From positions 5,778 to 69,777 of the forward strand of contig DATEFB010000007.1 of the NCBI GenBank assembly GCA_035280845.1: DNA of 64,000 bases. The letters run 5' to 3'. Under the pieces are notes generated by a model. The model was given only the letters and a program-made list of their open reading frames with translations, did no database searches and was not told the origin of the DNA. Numbering within the stretch: the first letter of the stretch is position 1; every line of letters starts with the position of its first letter. Both the position numbers and the translations under genes were made by a program. Shown one piece after another: positions 52,950 to 61,096 of the stretch. The stretch is from Candidatus Saccharimonadales bacterium. Its GTDB lineage: Bacteria; Patescibacteriota; Saccharimonadia; Saccharimonadales; EFPC-124.

Positions 52950-53411
52950 ATGGCATCGAACCGTCACCTTGGTCGCATTATTGCTCTGCAAACGCTCTAC
53001 GAATTTGAGTTCCGTCAAGACAGCGCTGACGCACTGGCTGACGTCGACGAAATCCTTGGGCGTAACCTCGAACGATACGACGAAACAATCGACGACAAGA
53101 GTTTTGTCCAGCAGCTGGTCCACGGCGTGCGTGCAAGCGTCGCCAAACTCGATGCTACTATTCAGCCAATAGCCCCCGAATGGCCGCTGGAACAAATCGC
53201 ACGTATTGACCGTACTATCCTAAGAATGGCCCTCTATGAGCTGCTCGAGATGAGCGACAAGGTACCGCCAAAAGTGGCTATTAATGAGGCTGTAGAGCTC
53301 GCCAAGGCTTTCGGTTCCGACAATTCGTCGAAGTTTGTGAACGGCGTGTTGGGTACGGCCTACCGTACGCTGATCGAAGGAAAAGAAGCCGATGGCAATG
53401 CAAGTTCCTAA
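52950..53411 (+). CDS. nusB: Transcription antitermination factor NusB
   Basis: 'NRHLGRIIALQTLYEFEFR', 'RIDRTILRMALYELL...PPKVAINEAVELAKAFG...SKFVNGVL'. Confidence 0.85.
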   Translation: MASNRHLGRIIALQTLYEFEFRQDSADALADVDEILGRNLERYDETIDDKSFVQQLVHGVRASVAKLDATIQPIAPEWPLEQIARIDRTILRMALYELLEMSDKVPPKVAINEAVELAKAFGSDNSSKFVNGVLGTAYRTLIEGKEADGNASS

Positions 53412-53895
53412 GTTTGAGCGTTTCAAGAAATATTTTCAGCGCCACAAACCTATAATCCAAGAAGTAATACGCGAGCAGACCGCCGGTGGGGTGGTGTTCC
53501 GTCGTAACGAAAAAACCAAGGACCTTGAAGTGCTGCTAACCCAGGACGCCAAGGACCGCTGGACAATCCCTAAAGGTCACATCGAAGAAGGTGAGACTGC
53601 CAAAGAGACAGCCGAGCGCGAGATTCGTGAAGAGACCGGCCTCCAGAAAATGGAAGTCATGAGCTGGCTCGGCAAAATTAATTTCCGCTATCGCCGCCAG
53701 ACAAGCCTGGTGCTCATGACGACCCAGATTTACCTGGTCCATGGCCTGGGCGACACCGATAACTTGGCCAAAGAGGATTGGATGAATGGCATCGGCTGGT
53801 TTAAAGTCCACGACGCACTTGATATGATTGAATACGAAGACATAAGCAAATTATTGCTCGTAGGAATGAAAAAAATCAGGCATGCAGGACTTTAG
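53392..53895 (+). CDS. Nudix hydrolase
   Basis: Nudix box 'GHIEEGETAKETAEREIREETGL'. Overlaps the nusB 3' end and the rnc 5' end. Confidence 0.8.
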   Translation: MAMQVPKFERFKKYFQRHKPIIQEVIREQTAGGVVFRRNEKTKDLEVLLTQDAKDRWTIPKGHIEEGETAKETAEREIREETGLQKMEVMSWLGKINFRYRRQTSLVLMTTQIYLVHGLGDTDNLAKEDWMNGIGWFKVHDALDMIEYEDISKLLLVGMKKIRHAGL

Positions 53896-54589
53896 CCCGT
53901 ACCAGACATTTGCCAAAGATTCATTCGGCTTTATTTTTGATGAGCCGCAGTTGTTTATGACGGCCCTGACCCACCGAAGTTACGTGAACGAGCACAAAAA
54001 AAGCACTAAAGAGCACAACGAACGCCTGGAGTTCTTAGGTGACGCCGTGCTCGAATTGGTGGTGACCGAATATTTATACAAGAATTACGACGACCCAGAA
54101 GGCATTTTGACTAATTGGCGCGCCGCTTTGGTTCGCACCGAATCTATCGGCGCTGCCGGGGCAAAGCTTGGGCTGGAAGAACTTATGCGTATGAGCCGTG
54201 GCGAGAAGCATGGTAGCAGCTCGCGCGCCCGTCAACAGATTTTGGCGAACGCCTTCGAAGCCGTTATTGGTGCAATCTACATCGATAAAGGCTACGACCA
54301 AGCCAGCACGTTCATTCACCAACACATTTTAAGTACATTCGACGAGATCCTCGAAACAGGGTCCTGGCGAGATGCCAAGTCGCGCCTGCAGGAAGTTGCG
54401 CAGAGCGCAGAAGGACAGACTCCTGTTTATAAGGTTCTCGAAGAGACTGGTCCTGATCACGATAAGATTTTTACTCTCGGCGTATATGTAGCTGGCGCCC
54501 TGAAGGGCAAGGGCACCGGGCCTTCCAAGCAGGTCGCCCAGCAAGAGGCTGCAAAGGCGGCGCTTGCGAGTTACAAGCAGGTAAAGTAG
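53882..54589 (+). CDS. rnc: Ribonuclease III
   Basis: 'NERLEFLGDAVLELVVTEYLY' signature, C-terminal dsRBD 'GPDHDKIFTLGVYV...GTGPSKQVAQQEAAKAAL'. Confidence 0.9.
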   Translation: MQDFSPYQTFAKDSFGFIFDEPQLFMTALTHRSYVNEHKKSTKEHNERLEFLGDAVLELVVTEYLYKNYDDPEGILTNWRAALVRTESIGAAGAKLGLEELMRMSRGEKHGSSSRARQQILANAFEAVIGAIYIDKGYDQASTFIHQHILSTFDEILETGSWRDAKSRLQEVAQSAEGQTPVYKVLEETGPDHDKIFTLGVYVAGALKGKGTGPSKQVAQQEAAKAALASYKQVK

Positions 54590-54694
54590 ACGCCATTCTG
54601 GCCCCTTGCGGTGAACCTCATTGACAACAGAGGCGATACCCTGTAAAATTGCCAAGAGTTTAACACTACAGTTTAATAAAGGAATTTTTGTTAC

Positions 54695-55078
54695 ATGCTC
54701 GCAATTCGTTTGCAACGTCATGGCCGTAAAGCAGCTCCGGTTTACCGCGTGGCTGTTCAAGAAGCCCAACGACACCCCAGCAGCGGCCGTGTTGTCGCCT
54801 ATGTGGGTGCCTATAACCCTCACACTAAAGAATCTAAAATCGACGCAGAAAAAGTCGAATTCTACCTTAAGAATGGTGCACAACCAAGCCCTCGCGTAGT
54901 GCGTTTGCTCGAAGAAGCCAAGGTGAACCTGCCAGCTTGGGTAAAATCTACCCGCACCGACAAAGCTGCAAAACTGCGCAATCCAGACAAGCTGCGTAAG
55001 AACCAGCCAAAAGAAGAAGCTCCTGCAGAGGCACCAGCCGACGAAGCAGCTCCAGCAGAAGAAAAAACCGAAGAATAA
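54695..55078 (+). CDS. rpsP: 30S ribosomal protein S16 with a Lys/Ala/Glu/Pro-rich C-terminal extension
   Basis: 'MLAIRLQRHGRKAAPVYRVAVQEAQ..PSSGRVVAYVGAYNP'. Confidence 0.9.
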   Translation: MLAIRLQRHGRKAAPVYRVAVQEAQRHPSSGRVVAYVGAYNPHTKESKIDAEKVEFYLKNGAQPSPRVVRLLEEAKVNLPAWVKSTRTDKAAKLRNPDKLRKNQPKEEAPAEAPADEAAPAEEKTEE

Positions 55079-55120
55079 AAAAGAGCACCTCGCATCAGCG
55101 GGGTGTTTTTATTGTCGGAT

Positions 55121-55165
55121 TGGGGTGTCCCCCGGGTTGCAGCGATAAGCTCTGCTGCAACCCGG
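55121..55165 (-). terminator. 13-bp GC-rich hairpin downstream of the alpha-CTD-like ORF
   Basis: ccccgggttgcag ... ctgcaacccgggg is a perfect inverted repeat, 23 nt past the stop at 55188. Confidence 0.55.
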
Positions 55166-55187
55166 GGAGACCGGTTTGTGGAGCCGG

Positions 55188-55625
55188 TCAGGCGGCGAGC
55201 GCCGGGACGGCGTCCTCCTTCAGCTTGAGCCGGGCGTCGAGCGCGGCGAGCTTGGGGACGATGTCCAGGTCGATGGTCCGCTGACCGATGCCCTTGATGC
55301 CCAGCAGGTCGGCCTCGCTGAGGTCGATGAGCTGGCCCACCGTGTGGATGCCGGCCTTCTTGAGGGCGTTGTAGGGCCGGATGCCCAGCTTGACGTCCTC
55401 GATCGTCTGCGCGCGCAGGTTCTCCAGCGGGACGACGGTCGGCGTCTGGCCCGTGGTGCTGGCGCGCGCGATCCGCGAGATGCCCTTGCTGGGGCTGGCG
55501 GTGTTGCCGACCGGGGTCTTGTTGAGGGACCGCTTGGTGGCCGGCGGGGGCACGATGCCGTTGCGCAGGTTGCGCGCCTTCTTGCGGCGCTGGTTGCGGC
55601 GACGGTCGGCCAGGGTCATACGCAT
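55188..55625 (-). CDS. Stand-alone RNA polymerase alpha-subunit C-terminal-domain (alpha-CTD, HhH) like protein with a basic N-terminus (high-GC cassette E)
   Basis: 'IEDVKLGIRPYNALKKAGIHTVGQLIDLSEADLLGIKGIGQRTIDLDIVPKL' parallels the RpoA CTD 'LELSVRSxNCLKRxGIxTxGELxxxxExxLLxIxNxGxKSxxEIKxxL'. N-terminus 'RRRNQRRKKARNLRN'. SD GGAGG. 69 G+C in 55201-55300 by hand count. TTGCAT-17-TATTAT in the AT-rich flank. Confidence 0.7.
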   Translation of the reverse strand: MRMTLADRRRNQRRKKARNLRNGIVPPPATKRSLNKTPVGNTASPSKGISRIARASTTGQTPTVVPLENLRAQTIEDVKLGIRPYNALKKAGIHTVGQLIDLSEADLLGIKGIGQRTIDLDIVPKLAALDARLKLKEDAVPALAA

Positions 55626-55779
55626 AACTTACCTCCGGAAGGAGACGGTCTGAGATGACTAAAAAATATAATACCACAAATATTGTTATAATGCAAGCAT
55701 TTTGTTACCACGAGCAGTTTGCGTGTGCCCGGCATCCTACGCTACAATGTCTGTATCAGGTAATCGTAAGGGAGACTGT

Positions 55780-56214
55780 ATGACCAGTATTGACCAACAG
55801 TTTGTGGAGTTCATTGTAAAATCGCTTGTCAGCAAACCAGAGGCAGTTACCATCGAGCGCCGCATTGATGAAAAAGGCGTATTGCTTGAACTGACCGTTG
55901 ACCCCGAAGACCTTGGCCGCGTTATTGGCAAGCGGGGTGCAACCGCTCAGAGCGTGCGTACATTGCTCCGCGCCCTTGGTACAAAGAATGACGCACGGTA
56001 CAACTTGAAAATCGTTGATGTTGACCGCCCAGGCGGCGTTTCGACTGACGGCTCAGATGATCCTGCAGTGGCCGACGACGAAGATACTACCCCATTAAGT
56101 GCTGCTCCAAGCAAGCCTGTGGAAGAAACAACAGAGAAGCCTGTGGAAGAAAAAGAATCAGTAGCAAGTCGGACCAGAAAAGAACTTGCAGATATGGATG
56201 ATCTCGACATATAA
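55780..56214 (+). CDS. KH-domain RNA-binding protein (YlqC/KhpA-like) with acidic C-terminal extension
   Basis: 'FVEFIVKSLVSKPEAVTIERRIDEKGVLLELTVDPEDLGRVIGKRGATAQSVRTLLRA'. AAGGGAG SD. Confidence 0.8.
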   Translation: MTSIDQQFVEFIVKSLVSKPEAVTIERRIDEKGVLLELTVDPEDLGRVIGKRGATAQSVRTLLRALGTKNDARYNLKIVDVDRPGGVSTDGSDDPAVADDEDTTPLSAAPSKPVEETTEKPVEEKESVASRTRKELADMDDLDI

Positions 56215-56310
56215 TAAAACTAAGTTCGAAAGATCGAACAGCAAAAACAAAAAGAAAAGCTCGTGCGAGCAAAGAGGGATTTTATCCCAAATTGAGAGCT
56301 TTATGTGGCG

Positions 56311-56340
56311 AAACAACCCTCCATTGCGGGGGTTGTTTTG
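56311..56340 (+). terminator. Intrinsic terminator after the KH-domain gene
   Basis: aaacaaccctc-cattgc-gggggttgttt followed by T-tract. Confidence 0.8.
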
Positions 56341-56414
56341 TATCTGAAAGAAATAATAACAAGAGTTGGACTGACGCCCGCACCCGACGTCGTTGGCGGG
56401 TGCGGGCGGCAGGT

Positions 56415-56759
56415 TCAGCAGATGAAGCGCGCGGCCTCGGCGGCGATGGCTCTCATCCTGATTGGAACGTCCTCGGGGACTCCGTGCAGGATGTAGACAT
56501 CGATTGTGCAGTTCCAGACCAGGCCGTGCGACGGCGCGTCGTAGCGGCCCTCTGGCGCCCTTGTCGGGTCGGACCACAGGTAGGCGAGGTGTTCGAACGC
56601 CCTGAGCGCAGCAGCATCCTCTGTGGTCGCCTCATCGGCGACAGTTTCGGTATCCACTCCCAGCTCGGCGCAAATGCGCAACTGGATGAGCTGGTAGATT
56701 GCCGGGGTCGGACGTGTTGCTTGCTGAAGGGCGGCGTCTGTCGTGGCGAACGGTGTCAC
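56415..56759 (-). CDS. Hypothetical protein (high-GC cassette F)
   Basis: 115 aa from GTG 56759 (GAAGGAG upstream; TTGAAA-17-TATAGT further up). G/C-rich third positions. 11-bp GC hairpin cgcccgcaccc/gggtgcgggcg lies just past the stop (about 56375-56410). Confidence 0.45.
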   Translation of the reverse strand: MTPFATTDAALQQATRPTPAIYQLIQLRICAELGVDTETVADEATTEDAAALRAFEHLAYLWSDPTRAPEGRYDAPSHGLVWNCTIDVYILHGVPEDVPIRMRAIAAEAARFIC

Positions 56760-56868
56760 GGGACTCCTTCTGCTTGGCGTATACACATGCTGTGCGTACG
56801 GCTTCACTACTATAAAATGTAAGTCGTAACTTTTCAATATGCGCTTCAGCCCGTATAATCAGAAACAT

Positions 56869-57531
56869 ATGAAACCCAGGCTTATTCAGGTCATTACGCT
56901 TTTCCCCGAGATGTTCGACGGTGTGTTCGGCGCGAGCATGCTTTGGAAGGCTCAGGACCGCGACATTGTAAAGTTCGCGGCTATTAATTTGCGTGAATAT
57001 GGCCTTGGCCCCCGGCATCAGGTAGATGATACTCCGTACGGCGGTGGCGATGGCATGTTGCTGAAACCCGAGCCACTTTTTGCTGCAGTAGAGGCCGCCA
57101 AAAAGAATGACCCCGATGCCCAGGTGCTCCTTATGACGCCACGCGGCGAACGCTGGGTGCAGGCCAAGGCGCAAGAAATGGCCGACGATGGCCGGGGCCT
57201 GATTATTATCTGTAGCCGTTACGAGGGCTACGATGAGCGTATTACTACTATTGTTGACCGCCAGCTTTCGATTGGCGATTACGTCCTGACCGGAGGTGAA
57301 CTTGCTGCTATGGTTGTCGTAGATAGCGTTACCCGTTTGATTCCGGGCGTATTGGGCGGTGAAACCAGCGCCGAGATTGAAAGCTTCAGCGATGGTGAGA
57401 CCCTTGAGTTCCCTCAGTACACCCGTCCTGCTGATTTTCGCGGCATGAAAGTCCCTGATGTTCTTTTGAGCGGAAATCACGCTCAAATTCTTGCATGGCG
57501 CAAAGATAATTCTCCAAAAATACAGCCCTAA
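56869..57531 (+). CDS. trmD: tRNA (guanine37-N1)-methyltransferase
   Basis: 'VITLFPEMF', 'DDTPYGGGDGMLLKPEP', 'IICSRYEGYDERI', 'SIGDYVLTGGELAAMVVVDSVTRLIPGVLG'. Confidence 0.9.
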   Translation: MKPRLIQVITLFPEMFDGVFGASMLWKAQDRDIVKFAAINLREYGLGPRHQVDDTPYGGGDGMLLKPEPLFAAVEAAKKNDPDAQVLLMTPRGERWVQAKAQEMADDGRGLIIICSRYEGYDERITTIVDRQLSIGDYVLTGGELAAMVVVDSVTRLIPGVLGGETSAEIESFSDGETLEFPQYTRPADFRGMKVPDVLLSGNHAQILAWRKDNSPKIQP

Positions 57532-57814
57532 TTAAAAAACTTCCCGAACAGGAAGCGTGCCGTTAAGGGCCAGGGCAAGGGGTAGTTTCGCAAATACATT
57601 GCTACTTGTACCACTTGCCGTGGCATAGAAGAGTTGTTGTGGTGGAACAAAAGCGATCCAGACTTTTTATTTTTCGTGGTGTTTGTTCGTACAGTTTCGC
57701 TTAAGGATATCGTACTTTGTTATTTCGGTAAGCGCAAGCTCTTTAGCGCAAAATTACAACACAAGCGTTTTTGGCCAAGGGAGTATAATAAGAGAAGCTT
57801 AACGGAGACCGACA

Positions 57815-58228
57815 ATGGGGTTATTCACTAAATTCATTAAACCTGTGTATGCTCACTGCGATGTTCCGTGCGGCATCTACGAAACTGACACAATGCGCCA
57901 CGCTGCCGACACCTGCCTAAAGATGATCGAGAAAATCGAAGCCTTACCAGATGAAATGGGTGAGAAGTCGGCCGACCACAACAACTACATCCGCATGGTC
58001 ATGACCAAAGAAAAGCACGCCCAGCTGTGTAAAGAGCAGATTTATCTTTTATGGAGCGATTACTTTAAGCCTGAGCACCTGCAAAAGTTCCCCGACCTGC
58101 ACGACACTATGTGGCAAGCGGCCAAGCAGTGCGGTAAGGTTAAGCAAACCGTCAGCCGTGAAGAAGTGCAGAAACTTATTGACCAAGTAGCAACAATATC
58201 TAAGGTTTTTGAGGAATCGCACCACTAA
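57815..58228 (+). CDS. sodN: Nickel superoxide dismutase precursor
   Basis: Pro-peptide 'MGLFTKFIKPVYA' followed by the Ni-hook 'HCDVPCGIY'. Confidence 0.9.
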   Translation: MGLFTKFIKPVYAHCDVPCGIYETDTMRHAADTCLKMIEKIEALPDEMGEKSADHNNYIRMVMTKEKHAQLCKEQIYLLWSDYFKPEHLQKFPDLHDTMWQAAKQCGKVKQTVSREEVQKLIDQVATISKVFEESHH

Positions 58229-58508
58229 GATGTTTCTTATACGGCGCGTCGAAGGTTTAAGCATGGCTCCTGCATATCCACACGGTAAAATCGTGTTTGC
58301 GTGGCGTCGTAAGGTGGCGCGGGTGGGTGATGTGGTGATTGTGCAGCACCATAAAATGGAGCTTATTAAGCGTGTTGGCCAGATCTCGAATGAAGGGGTG
58401 TACGTTGTTGGCGACAACCCAGACAACAGCACCGACAGCCGGCATTATGGCTGGTTGCCGCTTGGCTCTATAATAGGCGTTGTAATAGGGGGACAGGCCC
58501 GTGATTAA
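58209..58508 (+). CDS. sodX: S26-family NiSOD maturation peptidase
   Basis: 'GLSMAPAYPHG' (catalytic Ser), 'GDVVIVQH...ELIKRV', 'GDNPDNSTDSRHYG'. Overlaps the sodN 3' end. Confidence 0.75.
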   Translation: MRNRTTKMFLIRRVEGLSMAPAYPHGKIVFAWRRKVARVGDVVIVQHHKMELIKRVGQISNEGVYVVGDNPDNSTDSRHYGWLPLGSIIGVVIGGQARD

Positions 58509-58935
58509 ACCAAAACCGACACCGGCTCCAGACGTAGAGAATAAAAAACTCGTCGTCGTTTCGTACGCATATATGGCGGCGGTCATTGGTGTTTCGGTGT
58601 GGCAGCTGGTGATGTTCGAGAAGTTTGCGCCATGGCTTGGCGAGTATCTGGGCAACGGGGTTACGCCCGAAGTGACTCTGTTGGCAATTGCACTCATCGG
58701 CGCACAGGTGTTCTCGCTACCATTCCTGCTTCGGCTGTCATTGAGCCCGCTTGCCCGGCTGGCAAGCGCACTGTTGGCATTCCTGGCGCCAGTGGCCTGG
58801 GCTGTTGTGGCAATTGCTGGCCCTGGATTTACCATGAGATACTTTGTCTTCACAGTAATGGTATTGTTGTGGGCTGGGGCAAGTTTCTGGCTTCTTGGCG
58901 GACCTAAAGTGCTGCGACTAAAGAAGAGGTCATGA
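58501..58935 (+). CDS. Small four-helix membrane protein
   Basis: GTG start overlapping the sodX end. Hydrophobic throughout. Confidence 0.45.
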   Translation: MIKPKPTPAPDVENKKLVVVSYAYMAAVIGVSVWQLVMFEKFAPWLGEYLGNGVTPEVTLLAIALIGAQVFSLPFLLRLSLSPLARLASALLAFLAPVAWAVVAIAGPGFTMRYFVFTVMVLLWAGASFWLLGGPKVLRLKKRS

Positions 58936-59597
58936 TAGAGTTTGCTATCGTAGCCATTGCCTACGGCCTGATTTTTGTGGCTGTTGAGCTGCTGGCCGCA
59001 AAGCTTCACCCCCCTGGCGAGGAAACCCGCAAACTCAGCCATATGCTGGCCGGCGTGGGGGCCGCGCTTTTGCCGTTCGTTCTGAGTTTTAACCAAATTG
59101 CACTTCTAGGCGCCTTGTTTGTGCCTGCCGTCTTTATTTCTATGCGCAGTAATCTTTTTAAATCCGTGCATAAGGTGAAGCGAGTGACGTATGGCGAACT
59201 GTATTTTCCGCTTGCCATATCGCTCTGTGCGCTTTTGTTCCCCGACAGGTTACTGTTCATGTACGGCGTTTTGGTTATTGGCATAAGCGACGCGCTTGCC
59301 AGTTTGCTGGGCCTGCGGTTTGGCCGCAAAAAATACAAGTCGCCCGATGGATACAAGAGTTTTGTTGGTAGCGGGGCGTTTTTTGTGTCGACGGTTATCA
59401 TTGGCACGACTCTTGTTCTGATGCATATTAATACGCCAGTATGGGTAGCCCTGATGTGGAGCATTGTCCTCGCGGCAATACTAACAGTCATTGAGGCCCG
59501 CTCGCACAAGGGCATAGATAACTTGCTTGTGCCGCTCGCTGGTAGCGGGCTCCTGGGCTTCTTTGTGACATTTGGCTTCTTTGGAATTGAGCTTTAA
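58932..59597 (+). CDS. Polyprenol/dolichol kinase or CdsA-family cytidylyltransferase-like membrane protein
   Basis: 'GISDALASLLGLRFGRKKY....KSFVGSGAFF' resembles the CTP-dependent kinase/CdsA family motif. Confidence 0.5.
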   Translation: MIEFAIVAIAYGLIFVAVELLAAKLHPPGEETRKLSHMLAGVGAALLPFVLSFNQIALLGALFVPAVFISMRSNLFKSVHKVKRVTYGELYFPLAISLCALLFPDRLLFMYGVLVIGISDALASLLGLRFGRKKYKSPDGYKSFVGSGAFFVSTVIIGTTLVLMHINTPVWVALMWSIVLAAILTVIEARSHKGIDNLLVPLAGSGLLGFFVTFGFFGIEL

Positions 59598-59648
59598 GAG
59601 GTTTTAAAGTATAATCTTCTCTGTTGCAGTAAAAAGCAGCATAAGCAA

Positions 59649-59723
59649 TGGCGAGTGGCCAAGTGGTAAGGCGCCGCACTCTGGATGCGGAGATCGAAGG
59701 TTCGACCCCTTCCTCGCCAGCCA
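59649..59723 (+). tRNA. tRNA-Gln (CUG), CCA encoded
   Basis: Acceptor tggcgag/ctcgcca (U1:A72 as in bacterial tRNA-Gln), anticodon loop ct-CTG-ga, T-loop ggttcgacc. Confidence 0.85.
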
Positions 59724-59835
59724 TGAAATTATTACAAATAAAAGGACGTTCATTCGAGCGTCTTTTTATGTGGCTCGCAACGAGGGAGCAGACGCATAAT
59801 ATCTCTTGACGGTTATATAACTTTTGAGTAATATA

Positions 59836-60162
59836 ATGAACATGGATACGTTCTTCGCAGCAGTTGCTGAGCCAAATCGATTACGCATCATAGAGATGCT
59901 GCGTGATGGCCCCAGCTCGGTAAACGCACTTGTTGAGCGACTGCACTTAAAGCAGCCGCTTGTCTCGAAACACCTACGCATTCTGGCGGGCGCAGGGGTT
60001 GTTCGTGTGCGCCCTCAGGCCCAACTACGCTTTTATGAACTGGACGAAGCGAAATTTAAGGAGATCGATATGTGGCTCGACACGTTTGCCCACACTTGGA
60101 CTCAGCGGCTTGAAAATCTGGACACGGTGCTGCAAGACATGGAAGAAGACAGTGGGCGCTAA
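59836..60162 (+). CDS. ArsR/SmtB family transcriptional regulator
   Basis: 'FFAAVAEPNRLRIIEMLRDGPSSVNALVERLHLKQPLVSKHLRILAGAGVV'. TTGACG-17-TAATAT (59806-34) suggests a leaderless start at ATG 59842 as an alternative. Confidence 0.8.
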   Translation: MNMDTFFAAVAEPNRLRIIEMLRDGPSSVNALVERLHLKQPLVSKHLRILAGAGVVRVRPQAQLRFYELDEAKFKEIDMWLDTFAHTWTQRLENLDTVLQDMEEDSGR

Positions 60163-60637
60163 GGTAACGATTACGAAAGATGTGCAAAAGCACGAGATAA
60201 CGCTGGAGCGTATCGTGGGCGGATCGCGCGCCCGCGTATGGCAATGCCTGACTGTGCCTGAGTACATTGACAAGTGGTGGGGCCCGAAAGAGTGGATTAC
60301 CGAAACCAAAACATTAGACGCGCGTGTCGGTGGTGTATGGCATTTCTGCATGCGTGGACACGGCACTGCGGTTTGGGGTTTGGCAACGTACGAGGAGCTT
60401 CGCGCGCCAGCATTGATGGTGTACACTGCGACAGCCTCGAACGCAGCCGCTGCGAAGATACCCAAGCAACAACAGCGAGTTACTATTTCGCTTACCGAAG
60501 TAGACGGCTCTACGACCAAAATCACTATTTGCACCCGGTTTAATTCTGCGGCCGACCTAGAGTCTACAGTGCAAATGGGTATGATCGGGGGCTACGACGA
60601 GGCGCTCCATAAACTGGACATGTGTATTAAACAATAA
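60152..60637 (+). CDS. SRPBCC / AHSA1-like protein
   Basis: 'ITLERIVGGSRARVWQCLTVPEYIDKWWGPKEW' is typical of ArsR-linked AHSA1/SRPBCC proteins. GTG start is tentative. Confidence 0.65.
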   Translation: MGAKVTITKDVQKHEITLERIVGGSRARVWQCLTVPEYIDKWWGPKEWITETKTLDARVGGVWHFCMRGHGTAVWGLATYEELRAPALMVYTATASNAAAAKIPKQQQRVTISLTEVDGSTTKITICTRFNSAADLESTVQMGMIGGYDEALHKLDMCIKQ

Positions 60638-60646
60638 GGAGATCCC

Positions 60647-61093
60647 ATGGATACCCCACAAACTACACCAACACCAAGTAAAGAAATGCAACGGCTCAGC
60701 CAGAAATTGGTTGGCAAAGCGCAGCTAAGTGGCGGCGTGACCGGCACAAGCCACTGTGAAGTAATGGAGGGCGGGTTTTTCTTGCTGCAGCACGTTGATA
60801 TTACCCAGAATGGCATGCACATTAAGGGCATCGAGATCATTGGCCACTTAAAAGCTTTTGGTGCTGAACCAACGGCGGAAATCCATTCACGTTTTTACGA
60901 TAACAACGGCAATACGCTCGACTATACCTATGAGCTCAGTGAGGATGGCCGGAAACTCACAGTTTGGGGTGGCGAAAAGGGCTCCCCGGCTTATTACGAG
61001 GGTATCTTTAATGACGACGGTACGTGTAATGGTGAGTGGCATTACCCTGGCGGTGGGGGCTACAAAATGACTACGAAGCCAGTGAAGGGATAA
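60647..61093 (+). CDS. Small soluble beta-rich protein, unknown function
   Basis: 148-aa ORF with GGAG upstream. No firm motif. Confidence 0.45.
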   Translation: MDTPQTTPTPSKEMQRLSQKLVGKAQLSGGVTGTSHCEVMEGGFFLLQHVDITQNGMHIKGIEIIGHLKAFGAEPTAEIHSRFYDNNGNTLDYTYELSEDGRKLTVWGGEKGSPAYYEGIFNDDGTCNGEWHYPGGGGYKMTTKPVKG

Positions 61094-61096
61094 GTC

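Noticed and set aside
54862-55677. 271-aa (-) and 160-aa (+) ORFs spanning the alpha-CTD cassette and the rpsP 3' end
   Set aside because: These are typical stop-codon-poor alternative frames of high-GC DNA with Arg/Pro/Gly/Ala low-complexity translations. The 55188..55625 frame has the recognisable HhH domain, an SD and GC3 bias.
57532-57814. Hidden rplS remnant, small RNA or the 65-aa ORF 57634..57831 in the trmD-sodN spacer
   Set aside because: No L19-like translation appears in any frame. The 65-aa ORF overlaps the sodN start and reads as AT-rich noise. Only weak hairpins were seen, so nothing could be supported.
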